From: Octopus sinensis
Lineage: Eukaryota
Direction of reading: 5' to 3'
Length of the DNA stretch: 34,761 bases
Assembly (NCBI RefSeq): GCF_006345805.1
Contig: NW_021831699.1
Coordinates: 1 to 34,761, forward strand
Of this stretch, positions 9,469 through 20,279 are shown in pieces. Made by a program: the position numbers and the translations under genes. The notes under the pieces are model-generated. The model worked only from the letters and a program-made list of their open reading frames with translations, made no database searches and was not told where the DNA came from. Each line of letters begins with the position of its first letter. Positions within the stretch are counted from its first letter, which is position 1.

Positions 9469-10135
9469 GAGACTGGCTAACGTAAACTTTACATATGCAA
9501 TCTGTCAGTGGAACAGTAAAATATGCAAGACTTTCTTGAAGTTTGGTATGTAATAATTAAAAGTGTTGTTATGCAAACTCCAATATGAACCTCCTTTGTT
9601 TATTTGTTTGTTCTCTCCTTCAGGAAAGAATGTTAGAAAATGAAAGGACATACATACATTTATACAAGTATACAAACATATACGCTTTCTCGGCACAGTA
9701 AAATGAGATTAAAATAGCTCAAGTGAGACAATGGCGTGGATTTGATAATTAACTTAACGGCTGATGTACTGGAAGCCGTATTCAAGAACTTCTTAATGAA
9801 ATTTTCCTTTTATTTGAAGAAAGAAAACAACGCCCTTATGGTAAATATTAGCAGCTTTCAATGTAAAAGAAATTTCAATGTGAAAGAAATTTTAAGAAAT
9901 TAAGAATTAATTTCTCAAATCGATTTATATGTTTAGAAGGACAATCTGAACTTTGCATATAAGGGACAACTATGGATATACTTCGGTTTATTAGACTTCG
10001 TCGGTAATATATAGTTTAACATGTGGAAAGATTTTTATCGCAATTTTTAAAAACATATCATAATTACGTCATTAGACATTTAACAGTGTTTCTCTTAATG
10101 AAACAGCTGTTAAGCACAATTAAAGTATGAACTGT

Positions 10136-10392
10136 GGAGGCGCGTGGCTTAGTGGTTAGGGTGTCAGCATCATGATCGCAAGATTGTGGTTTCGATTCCT
10201 GGACTGGGTGACGCTTTGTGTTCTTGAGCAAAACACTTCATTTCACGTTGCTTCAGTTCACTCAGCTGGCAAAAATGAGTAACGCAGCGACGGACTGGCG
10301 TCCCGGCCAGCTAGGGAACACATACGCCATTGAAACCGGGAAACCGGACCCATGAGCCTAGCTAGGCTTTAAAAGGGCGCATTTATTTTTTT
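10136..10392 (+). mobile_element. tRNA-derived SINE family C
   Basis: A box TGGCTTAGTGG, B box GGTTTCGATTCC; homologous copy at 32184. Confidence 0.85.
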
Positions 10393-10746
10393 TAAAGTAT
10401 AAACTATATCTGAAATTTATGCTTCTTGCGTTTACTTGTGTGTGTGTGTATATATATATATACACACACACACACACATTTGTGGTGTGTGTGTGTGTGT
10501 GTGCACGCGTGTGTGTGCACGCGTGTGTGTGTGTACTGAGTAACATCAGAAGCTAAGTTAACCTATTTCTCCATAATAGAACCAAGAACACAAAGCGTCG
10601 GGTCTTATATATTAACTTATATAATACTCTAACCTCTCTTCCATCAACTGAATTAACTTAAGAAAATACGAACACTATACGTTTCTGCTTTGTGATTTCC
10701 CTCACACAACATTCAGTTTTTATATTTAGGAAAAGAATTTATAAAC

Positions 10747-10915
10747 ATTCTCAAGGCCCAAGACTATAGTGGAAGGCTCTTGCCTACGGTTCCACACAAC
10801 CCGGAACCATGTGGTTGGCAAACTCCTTACCACACAGCCACGCTTGTGCTTCAAAATTAAAAGAAAACAAGAAAATACACTTACACCGGGAAGGTAGGTT
10901 TTTCAAGCTAAGACA
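10747..10915 (-). repeat. Duplicated SINE-head + flank segment (copy 2)
   Basis: Direct repeat of 9290-9468. Confidence 0.8.
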
Positions 10916-12204
10916 CTGTTTTTCTCAGTACAAAATAATCTGTCGAAATTTATAAATTAGTAGATCGATTATTGCCCTGCTTTAAACAAATTTAAGTCTG
11001 TGTCGAGTAACGAAAACTATATTTATCGAGAGTAGAGAGTGAGATAATCCTCGACCATGGTTGAAATTTCATGCTCATCGAAATTAAGAATCGTCCGTAA
11101 AAGTTGAGAAGTCTGTATAAACCGTTATGAAAATAAACGGTTTAGCCTTAAGATCAAAACAGTACTTTAATATAAGTTAATAGCTATAAATTTGTAAAAT
11201 TAAAGATACACCATTTTTTCTCGGCCCAGATACTTCTCGCAGGCTCTAAAGCACTTACAATTCAGTCGCTACTATTTAAAATGTTGTCTCTTACTGTTTA
11301 AAGGCTGATTAAGATGTCTAACGGTGCAGCACAGAGAATTTCCATGGTCTACAGTACGTATTTTCTTGTCTCTTAATTTTGAGTTCAAACTCACGCTACA
11401 TTTTTACAGGAAAATGAAGTCTTATCTATATAGAAGCGAATGAATGTTAATTCAGAATCACCAGCAAAAAACAATGCTTCATTATTAAATTACATTAGTT
11501 TTTGTCTGCAGTTTCTTAATTCTTATACCAGTACAATCCAATGTAGCTGGAACAGAGATCTTCTTCAGCGTGTAAAGATATCTAAGATTTCCAAAATAAA
11601 TGCCAATAAAATAAAAATAAAAACAAACAGATGCACAGCTTTACTAGCAATAAGCCATGAAGAAGAAATCTAGGACAGCTCACTTTTCGGATACTTGCCT
11701 TCGTCAAGAAAAACAAAAACAAAACAAAATGTAAGCGGCATGGTGAGTAAATAAATTGGCTGACGGAAGTGGATAGAACGAATTAGCGCTTCTCAGTGGG
11801 TGATAAAGATACGACGAGTGGGCATGTCTAGTAATGAGTGCTACTACACTGCTTTTCTCAGCACAAGGGAGGTTAGTCACGGCAAACAATAGATGTGAAG
11901 ACTGATGTAGTTACGCGTTTTCTTGTGTGCGCGCATGTCTTTATAGAGAATAAGTTCTTTATGTTTCTATATATGTAGGGAAATGTCTGGGCGTATGTCA
12001 GCGTATATGTGAGTGTTAGGTGGAGTGAATGAGTGTGGTGTGTGAGACAAGTGGAGGGAGTGGGTGTGAGGGAAGAAAGGAAGAAATCTCTATAAATCCA
12101 ACTTCTGTTAAAGCTTATATACGCTTATATATACATGCATACATATATGTGCATGTATGTATATATGTGTGTAAATACAGATATATATATATATATATTA
12201 TATA

Positions 12205-12250
<46 letters not shown>

Positions 12251-12298
12251 ATATATATATATATCTTGCTGCATCTCTTATATATATATTGTTATATG

Positions 12299-12347
<49 letters not shown>

Positions 12348-12969
12348 TGTATACTATCATATGAATATATATGTATGCCTGTGTATATGTATGTGTTTGT
12401 GCGCGTGTGTGTATGACTGCATGTGTATCTACATGTGCATGTATATGTGCGTGCGTGCGTGTGTATGTATGTATGAATGAATGGATGTGTCATGTGAGAT
12501 TAGGCTCAACAATTCTTGACATTCTAACGTTTTCGGCTTTGGTAGTTTCGAGTTGTTCTTCATTCTGCCGAGTTGTGGTAAAGGTGACAAAATCCATTAT
12601 CTGCCAACACTTCTGGGTAACAGAGTAGAGGAGGGAGACGTGTACAAAACGTTTCTGAAATTTCAACGATAAGCATTAGTTGTTGTATATGATATAATGC
12701 AGAAGATAAATACGTCTGTATATCGTTTTTAGGCATCAAAGCAGCCGTTGGAAAAGAGAAGAGAATAGATTACATAAACACATATATACATACATTATAT
12801 TGATGTATGTATGTTATATATATATATATATATTATATATATATATATATTATATATATATATTCATACAGAGCTATATATAATTATATATTCAGGTGTA
12901 TGTGGTGTGCATGTGAGTGTATGTGTGAGTGCATGTGTGTATGTATATATATATATATATAATATATAT

Positions 12970-13002
<33 letters not shown>

Positions 13003-14093
13003 GCAGGCTACGATGGGTAAATTTCGCCATTTTATGTTTTTAAATTCGCGCATGCGCTTATCTTGTTTTTGATTTTGTCGATTACATATTATAGGATGGT
13101 CAGTTGGGCACCGTCTGTGAGAAAAACAGTACCATAACGCAATTCATTCTCCCAGAAATTTGAAAACGACATGCTGTACTGCTTGACATTCGCGCCGGTA
13201 GCTCCAATACGAGCATTTTAGAATATTTGGGTGTCAATTTGAGGACAGTGCAATCTGATGACATGCTCCGAGAGTGATAAAAATCAAACATCCAGTCAAC
13301 ATCCAGTGATGGCGACGTTGTGCATATTACATAAAAATATCTTGAAATACTAAAGAGTAAATTTATTCAATAAAATCGCCATTGGCTGCAACCACGGCTT
13401 CCAGACAACTTGGAATCTCCCATAACTCTTCTGGGCGGTCTCTATGTTTACGTTGGTGAATACTGCCATGATCCTCCTTGCCTTCAGTTCATCTTTGGTG
13501 TGTTGCAAGATGTTTTGTTGGCCTCTCGCTCAACTGCGCCCCACACATAATAATCAAGGGGGTTGCAGTCTGGAGAAGTAGGTGGACAGATGTTAACTGT
13601 GATGTGGTCTCAGAAATTGTCTGACAGCCATGACAAGGTTCTCTTGCTTGTGCGGCATGGTGCAGAATCGTGTTGCCAGATAGTGGATCTTCTAGCAGCC
13701 ACTCTCTTGACCCAGGCAGCACTAGCTCCTTCAGGCATTCGGCGTTGTAGGCCTCCGTATTGAGTCTGAGGCCGTGTGGGAAGATGAATGGAGGCACAAC
13801 GTCGCCATCACTGGATGCTGACTGGATGTTTGATTTTTATCACTCTCGGAGCATGTCATCAGATTGCACTGTCCTCGGATTGACACCCAAATATTCTGAA
13901 ATGTTCATAATGGAGCTTCCGGCGCGAATGCCAAGCAGTACAGGATGTGAATTGCGTCATGGTAGTTTTTCTCACAAACGGTGCCCAACTGACCCTACTA
14001 AACTGTGTAGTAGACAAAATCAAAAACAAACAATGCACGTACACGAAATTAAAAAAATAGTATGGCGACAATTTACCCATCTTAGCCTCTCTG
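13003..14093 (-). mobile_element. maT/mariner (DD37D) non-autonomous fold-back derivative with ~300-bp inverted arms
   Basis: Arms at 13005-13323 and 13794-14088 both start AGGCTA(C/A)GATGGGTAAATT; TA at 14094-14095; transposase relic between the arms. Confidence 0.85.
13363..13812 (-). pseudogene. DD37D transposase C-terminal catalytic region, with frameshifts and a stop
   Basis: SDGDVVPPFIFPHGLRLNTEAY..WQHDSAPC..WLSDNF*DHIT..SPDCNPLDYYVWGAVERE..VAANGDFIE*; 37 residues counted between the last two Asp. Confidence 0.85.
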
Positions 14094-14116
14094 TATGCGT
14101 GTGTGTATGTGTGTGT

Positions 14117-14163
<47 letters not shown>

Positions 14164-14189
14164 TGAGTGTGTGTGTTTGTGTGTGTATA

Positions 14190-14460
14190 GCAAATCCCTA
14201 AAGAGAAGAACCATAAACACAAAAAACACAACAACGCGAGGACGTGGTACATATAAAGTATTAGCAGACGCTCAGGGAAGGAAAGAAAGATGGTTTAACG
14301 TTTCGAGCAACGCCCCTTCTTCAGAAACAGGAAAGTCCAATAGAAAGGAAGACGGAGGAAGAAAATCGCCAACGATTCACATGTGATTACATTTTGAAAT
14401 GACCAGAAGGAAATGGGTGAAGAAAAAGTTCTTTCTAAGACAGGTGAGTGTAAGAAATGG
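14190..14460 (-). mobile_element. PLE-type pLTR fragment (family P1)
   Basis: Homologous to 2833-3050 (acaacaacgcgaggacgtgg...gctcagg.aaggaaagaaag...aaaatcgccaacga). Confidence 0.6.
14293..14328 (-). ncRNA. Minimal type I hammerhead motif
   Basis: GTTT-CTGAAGA-AG-GGGC GTT GCTC-GAA-ACGT-T-AAAC: 4-bp stem I, 4-bp stem II, palindromic ACGT stem III, GUU triplet. Confidence 0.55.
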
Positions 14461-15886
14461 AGGTATGTGCGTGCGCACAAGTCTGTGTGTGTTGTGTAAT
14501 ATCACGTGTGTGTGCGTATGTCTGTGTATGTGTTGTGTGTGTGGTGTGTGTGGTTTTGGCTGTTTATATGTGTGTGTAAGTGAACTTTGTGTCGCTTCAT
14601 GTTGTAAGAATCCAGTAGCCTTTTGCAGGAGTGGCGGTCTTTTGTGTAGTTGTGTGTCTCTTCACATCTGCATAGGGGAATGGCCAGTAGAAAGAAGTTT
14701 GACTGGCACTCTGGAGTATGTGTGCGTGTGTTAGTGTATGCGCGTATGTGTACGTGTGTGTGCATGTGGTTGTGTGTGTGGAGTATATGTGCGTTCCTCT
14801 GGGTGTGTGCGTACGTGTGCGTGCGCAAGTGTGTGTGCGTGTATGTGCGTCTGTGTATATGCCCTTGTATGGGTAATTGTGTGCGTATAAGTATGAGTGT
14901 GTTGTGTCTGTGGAAGGTATGCGTGCGTTCATGTGTGTGTATGTGTGTGCATGTGTATATGTGTGTGTGTGCGTGTGAGTATATGTATGCGTGTACTTGT
15001 GTGTGTATGTGTGTGCATGTGTATATGTGTGTGTGCGTGCGTATGTGTATCTGAACAAGGGGTTGTGTGTGGAGGTGTATGTGCGTTTCTGTGCGTGTAT
15101 GCGCGAGCGTGTGTGCGTGTGTGTGTGTATGTGTGTATAATTGTGTGTACGTGTGTGCGCGTATGTGTGCGTGTGTGTGTGTGTGTAGGAGTGTGTATGT
15201 GTGTGTGCTTCGGGTTGTGTGTGTTAGGTATGTGTACATTCTTGTGTGTTGCGCGCGTGCGTGTGTATACGCGTGTGTGTATGTGCGTGTGTATGTATGT
15301 GTGTGTATGTGTATGTGTGTGAGCGTGTATTTATATGTTGTGTTGCGTGTGTGTGTGTGTGTATATGTGTTTGTGTTCCTGTGTGTGTATATGTGTGTGC
15401 ATGTGCGTGTGTGTATGTGTGTGAGCGTGTATGTATACATTGTGTTGCGTGTGTGTGTGTATGTGTATATGTGTCTGTGTTCATGTGTGTGTATATGTGT
15501 GTGTATGTGTGTGTGTGTGTGTGCGTGGGGTTGTGTGTGGGATTGTGTGGGGGCTTATGTGTGTAGAAAATATGTGCGTACCTGAGTGTGCGCGTGCGTG
15601 TGTGATTGTGTGTGTATGAGCGTGTGTGTATGTGAGTGTGTGCGTTGGGTAGTGTTATGTGGAGGTGTATGTGCGTTCTTGTGTGCATGCGTGTGTGTGT
15701 GCGCGCGTGTATGCGCGCGTGTATGCGCGGTGTATGCGCGCGTGTGCGTGTGTATGTGTGTGCATGTATGTGCATTGTGTGTGGTGTGTGTGGGAGGTAT
15801 ATGTGCGTTCATGTGTGTGCGCGGGTGCATCTATTTTTTTCGTGTGTCTGTATATATCCGTGTGTATATGTATGTGTACGTGTGTA
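14461..15886. repeat. Complex (GT)/(AT)/(GC) alternating purine-pyrimidine tract with higher-order units
   Basis: Direct reading; recurring tggaggt(g/a)tatgtgcgttc anchor. Confidence 0.9.
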
Positions 15887-16194
15887 TAGAAATAAAATAA
15901 AATATATTAAAATAAGATTAATTAATAAAGGTCGGAAAAAGTGGGAAGGGTAAAAGATGTAAAAAAAAATTTACAAAATTAGCAGATGCAAGATAAAAAA
16001 TAAAATAATAAAAATTAAAGGGATGAAATAGAAATTAATACAAATATAAAAAGTAACGCAATTAAAAAGTTAAACAATACGACGGAAAGAAAATGATAAA
16101 AAATCGAGAAGGGGTAACAGTGTAAAAAAGGAAGTGGGTATAAGAGAAGATAGAATAAGATGAAATGAAATAAAATAAAATAAAATAAAATAAA

Positions 16195-16559
16195 GGCGCA
16201 GGAGTGGCTGTGTGGTAAGTAGCTTGCTAACCAACACATGGTTCCGGGTCAGTCCCACTGCGTGGCATCTTGGGCAAGTGTCTTCTGCTATAGCCCCGGG
16301 CCGACCAATGCCTTGTGAGTGGATTTGGTAGACGGAATTGAATGAAGCCTGTCATATATATGTATATATATATATATGTGGGGGGATTGTGTGTCTGTTT
16401 GTCCCCTAGTGCTTGACAACCGATGCTGGCAAAGAGACGATAGAATAAGTACTGGCTTACAAAGAATAAGTCCGGGGTCGATTTGATCGACTAAAGCGGT
16501 GCTCCAGCATGGCCGCAGTCAAATGACTGAAACAAGTAAAAGAGTAAAAGAGTAAAAGA
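16195..16559 (+). mobile_element. SINE family A, near full length with a small internal deletion
   Basis: GGCGCAGGAGTGGCTGTGTGG head (A box), internal TA/GT tract, (GTAAAAGA)n tail. Confidence 0.9.
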
Positions 16560-16899
16560 TAAAGCATTTTCAACTATTTCTCCTATATATAATAATGCCT
16601 TAAATTTTAGTGGTGTTACTAATAACATTAAGTATATACATAATACTAAATTAAAAACTAAATTGGCCAAATCATTGGTAATAGGAATCCGATCTCAGAT
16701 AGCAGGAACTCCCCAATTGATCCCCCCAAACTCAAACTAATTCGATAAATTCCGATATATGTGCTAATAAAATGCATATAAAGGGTAAAGTAGAAAAGAA
16801 AAATAATAAAAATAGTATTTATGGTAGTATCAATAATGATAAGGTTTAATAATGGTAATAATAATAATTATTACACACATGTGAGTGAGAACACTCTGA

Positions 16900-17690
16900 G
16901 ATATTTTTGGTATCTAAATATGTCAGATACTGCGAGCGCTGCTTCTGATTGGTCAATCCATAGTGATGAACCGAGGTCACGGTGACGGCACTACTTTTGT
17001 CATTCATAAGTTGCAACAAACTTCATTCATTACTTTCACGAGAAGGTAGAATGTAGCAATGTAATTAAACAAACATACTATCTTTTTTATACCAGATATC
17101 ACTTAAAGTCATACACATAAAATAAAACATTTCTGGTGGTAATTCAATTTTTTGTTGCCAAAAACAATCACAACATATTTCGTCTGCTCGTCGATACTCT
17201 TGCAGTGCGGGTAGATCTATCAACAAGAAACAGGTTTGAGTGTTATTAAAGTTATTGAAGATTCAATCTGTGTTATGTATTTCTTGAACGTGAACTTGAA
17301 TGTTAACAAAATGTTAAACAGTCATCAGTTATCAGTCATTTCACCTGAAAACTTAGCGCTATAAAGTCGGACTATCTTCCTGCGGCATGACATCTTTTAC
17401 AGTTACACATTGTGACGTCACTGACGTGAAATCAAGCTGTATTCATGCGCGCTTCAACACGATGTGAAGAATTTAGTTATTGGGTTAATAAAAAATGGTC
17501 GTTTATTCGTGTGTAATAATAAAATACAAACTCATTCCCTATGGATACCGTATTTATTACAACTCGTGGCTTGTAAACGTATCTAACGAGCGAAAGCGAG
17601 TTAGATACGTTTACAAGCCACGAGTTGTAATAAATACGGTATCCATAGGGAACTCGTTTGGTATTCTCTATTTATAATGTTACGTTAGGT
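16900..17690. mobile_element. Putative non-autonomous DNA element ending in a 53-bp perfect hairpin (boundaries uncertain)
   Basis: The hairpin at 17535-17652 is directly visible; element extent and class are inferred only. Confidence 0.35.
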
Positions 17691-17699
17691 AACGTTTCA

Positions 17700-19490
17700 A
17701 ACATAAATAAAAAATAAAACTAAAAACGGAAATGGCTTCCCATATTGCAATCATAGTCTGATAACACAACGCAATAGTTGCCTTAATGACGGTAATAATA
17801 ATAAATACGAACATAATTATAATGTTAAGATGGTTAAAGTTTCAAATTTGAATAAAAATAAAAATAAAAATAGAAATGTCTTTACATATTGCAATCATAG
17901 TCAAACAACACAGTACAAGGCAACTTTTAATACTAGATCTAGGATTCGTCAGGTTATTTAGTTTGTCCCACCCTTTTCATTAAGAGTGAAAGGTCTACCA
18001 AAATTATTCTTTAAATTATTAAAAGAAAACTGCCCAAAACATCATAAATATTACTCAATATGCAATAAATCATCTATAAAATTAGCTTATTCGGTAACTC
18101 CTAACCTCGGATCTATTATCGCTGCAGTGAATAGGAAAAAAATAAAATCGGATCTTTTCGGTTTGAACGGCAGTTTTTAACGTAATTTCTAGGTAACTAA
18201 AAAATTTTAAACTTCGTATACTGGTAGAATGTGTTTATAAAACATCTTTTTTTCTTTGCTTTATTGAGGAAATTCTATAGTTTGTAAGATATTTGTTGTT
18301 TTTTCTTCAATTTCTGCAATTTCAACCAATCAATTACGTCTATTGAGGTAAAAAAAAAAATTCTGTGCCGTATGAATCTGTCCCTCGTTTAAGAAACAGA
18401 TTGGGTTTATTTACATTTGTGAGGAAAAAAAGATACCTTTCCCCCACCCTAACCCTAACCCTAACCCTAAAACATTGAAATGCAATAGATCGATATTAGA
18501 ATCATAATTATGGGTGACAATTTCATATGACACCGCTAGAAAAAACTGCCGTTCAAACCGAAAAGATCCATAACATCTTTAAATGATAGAATTGATAATA
18601 AGAATGATGATAATAATAAAGATAACACACCTTATGAAATAAAATATGTAAAAGATATAGGATTGGCAGATAATATAAATAATAATAAAGGTAAAATAAA
18701 TCTAAAATTAACACGAATAAAAGTACAAATAGTATCATGAATTCTGGCATTGAAACGAAGGGAGTAACTGATATACATAATCATGCTATTAGTAAACCCC
18801 ATAAAAAATGTAATTGTAAATACCCTTTAATATGTCCGGTTAACGGAAACTGTTGCCAGCATAACGTCATATATAAATGTAGAATTGAAACACCAAATGG
18901 TCAAAACAAGATATATATTGGAAGTACAACGGATTTCAAACAAAGATATAGAAGCCATCTGAGCTCCTTTAATAATCCCAAATATAAGATATCAGCGGCA
19001 TTGGCAACATATATAAATGACCTTAAGGAAAAGGATATTACATATAGATTATCGTGGTCTATTCATGCGTACGCCCCCCCCCCCCCCTATATAGAAATGG
19101 ATCCACAGGGTGCAATTTATGCATCAGGGAAGCATACATTATATTAAAACTCTATAATCATTCCATATTGAATAAATTTACTGAATGCAATACCTGCATG
19201 TACACATAGAATCCACTCTACGTTCTTAAAAATATTTAAAAATAAAAATAAAAATAAGTGTAATAAGTAGGATTTGATCTCGGACATCTAATTTCATAAT
19301 AACAAAGGAATAAAAATTAACATGTAATAATGTTACAATAATACAAAATTCTCCAAGTATGATACTCTGTGATATAAATATGAAACGGGTACCAATAAAT
19401 GCTTTATTATTATCTCTCATTTTAGTTTTGGGCTGCAGGCCCATTTAGCCCTCCGCAGGAGCTAGCACCAAATCACCACGGGGTGCGGCT
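17700..19490 (+). pseudogene. Penelope-like element 3' fragment (Naiad-like linker + GIY-YIG endonuclease), interrupted by a MITE
   Basis: RQVI*FVPPFS..FKLLKENCPKHHKYYSICNKSSIKLAYSVTPNLGSII..KCNCKYPLICPVNGNCCQHNVIYKC..IYIGSTTDFKQRYRSH..(frameshift in C14 at 19074-19087) PYRNGSTGCNLCIREAYII. Confidence 0.85.
18150..18569. mobile_element. MITE, 29-bp perfect TIRs starting GG, 8-bp TSD (Merlin-like), internal (CCCTAA)4
   Basis: GGATCTTTTCGGTTTGAACGGCAGTTTTT at 18150-18178 and its reverse complement at 18541-18569; flanks ATAAAATC (18142-18149) and ATAACATC (18570-18577). Confidence 0.85.
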
Positions 19491-19504
19491 TTTAAGCTAG
19501 TATA

Positions 19505-19736
19505 TATAGTGAGAATTTACAAAAAGACGAAGACGGGTGTGTAAACAACAAACAGATGTATTAGTTAAACGCTCGGGAAGTGAGAAAGTCTTTTACGTTT
19601 CGAGCCTACGCTCTTCGACAGAAAGTTACACAGAAATAAACAGAGAGAGAAAATAGAAAAAGGTTTAGTGGTTAGCGATCTATCATAGCGCTTGCCGGAC
19701 AGAAGGGTCACACAGGAGAGCTAGGAAGAAGGGGAG

Positions 19737-19740
<4 letters not shown>
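19505..19740 (-). mobile_element. PLE-type pLTR fragment (family P2)
   Basis: Homologous to 1418-1572; TA runs on both sides. Confidence 0.6.
19590..19625 (-). ncRNA. Minimal hammerhead-like motif with A6U core
   Basis: CTTT-CTGTCGA-A-GAGC GTAG GCTC-GAA-ACGT-A-AAAG. Confidence 0.45.
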
Positions 19741-19774
<34 letters not shown>

Positions 19775-19924
19775 TAGATGTGTGTATGTATGTGTGTGTA
19801 CAAATATGTGTATATACGTATATTATACGTGTGAACAAACATGTGTATATACGTATGTATATATATACACATGCGTATACATATATACATATATAAACAC
19901 AAATACATAGAGAATAGACAGCTA

Positions 19925-20115
<191 letters not shown>

Positions 20116-20279
20116 ACAGACAGATAGATCTGTACTACGGACGTATGTATGTATGTATGTATAGCGAATTGGTAAAGTTGTTACAACGTTGAGCAAAATG
20201 TCATGCGGTATTTCTGCTAACCCTCTGTGCTTTGAACTCCAGTTTTGCTGATACCAGTTGTGTTTAATATATCAGAAGA

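Noticed and set aside
10136-10210. tRNA gene calls at SINE heads (also 16195, 32184 and 34135-34191)
   Set aside because: A and B boxes are present but no full cloverleaf, and each continues into a repeated SINE body
12480-12660. Open frames on both strands and a TGAAGA..CTCGAAAC string
   Set aside because: No recognisable protein motif, weak splice donor, and no UH triplet or stems for a ribozyme
18447-18470. (CCCTAA)4 as evidence of a chromosome end or fusion
   Set aside because: It lies inside a TIR- and TSD-bounded MITE
19355-19395. CTGTGA..GAAACGGGTAC downstream of the Naiad-like ORF
   Set aside because: The position is suggestive, but the core is one base short and stem I does not pair
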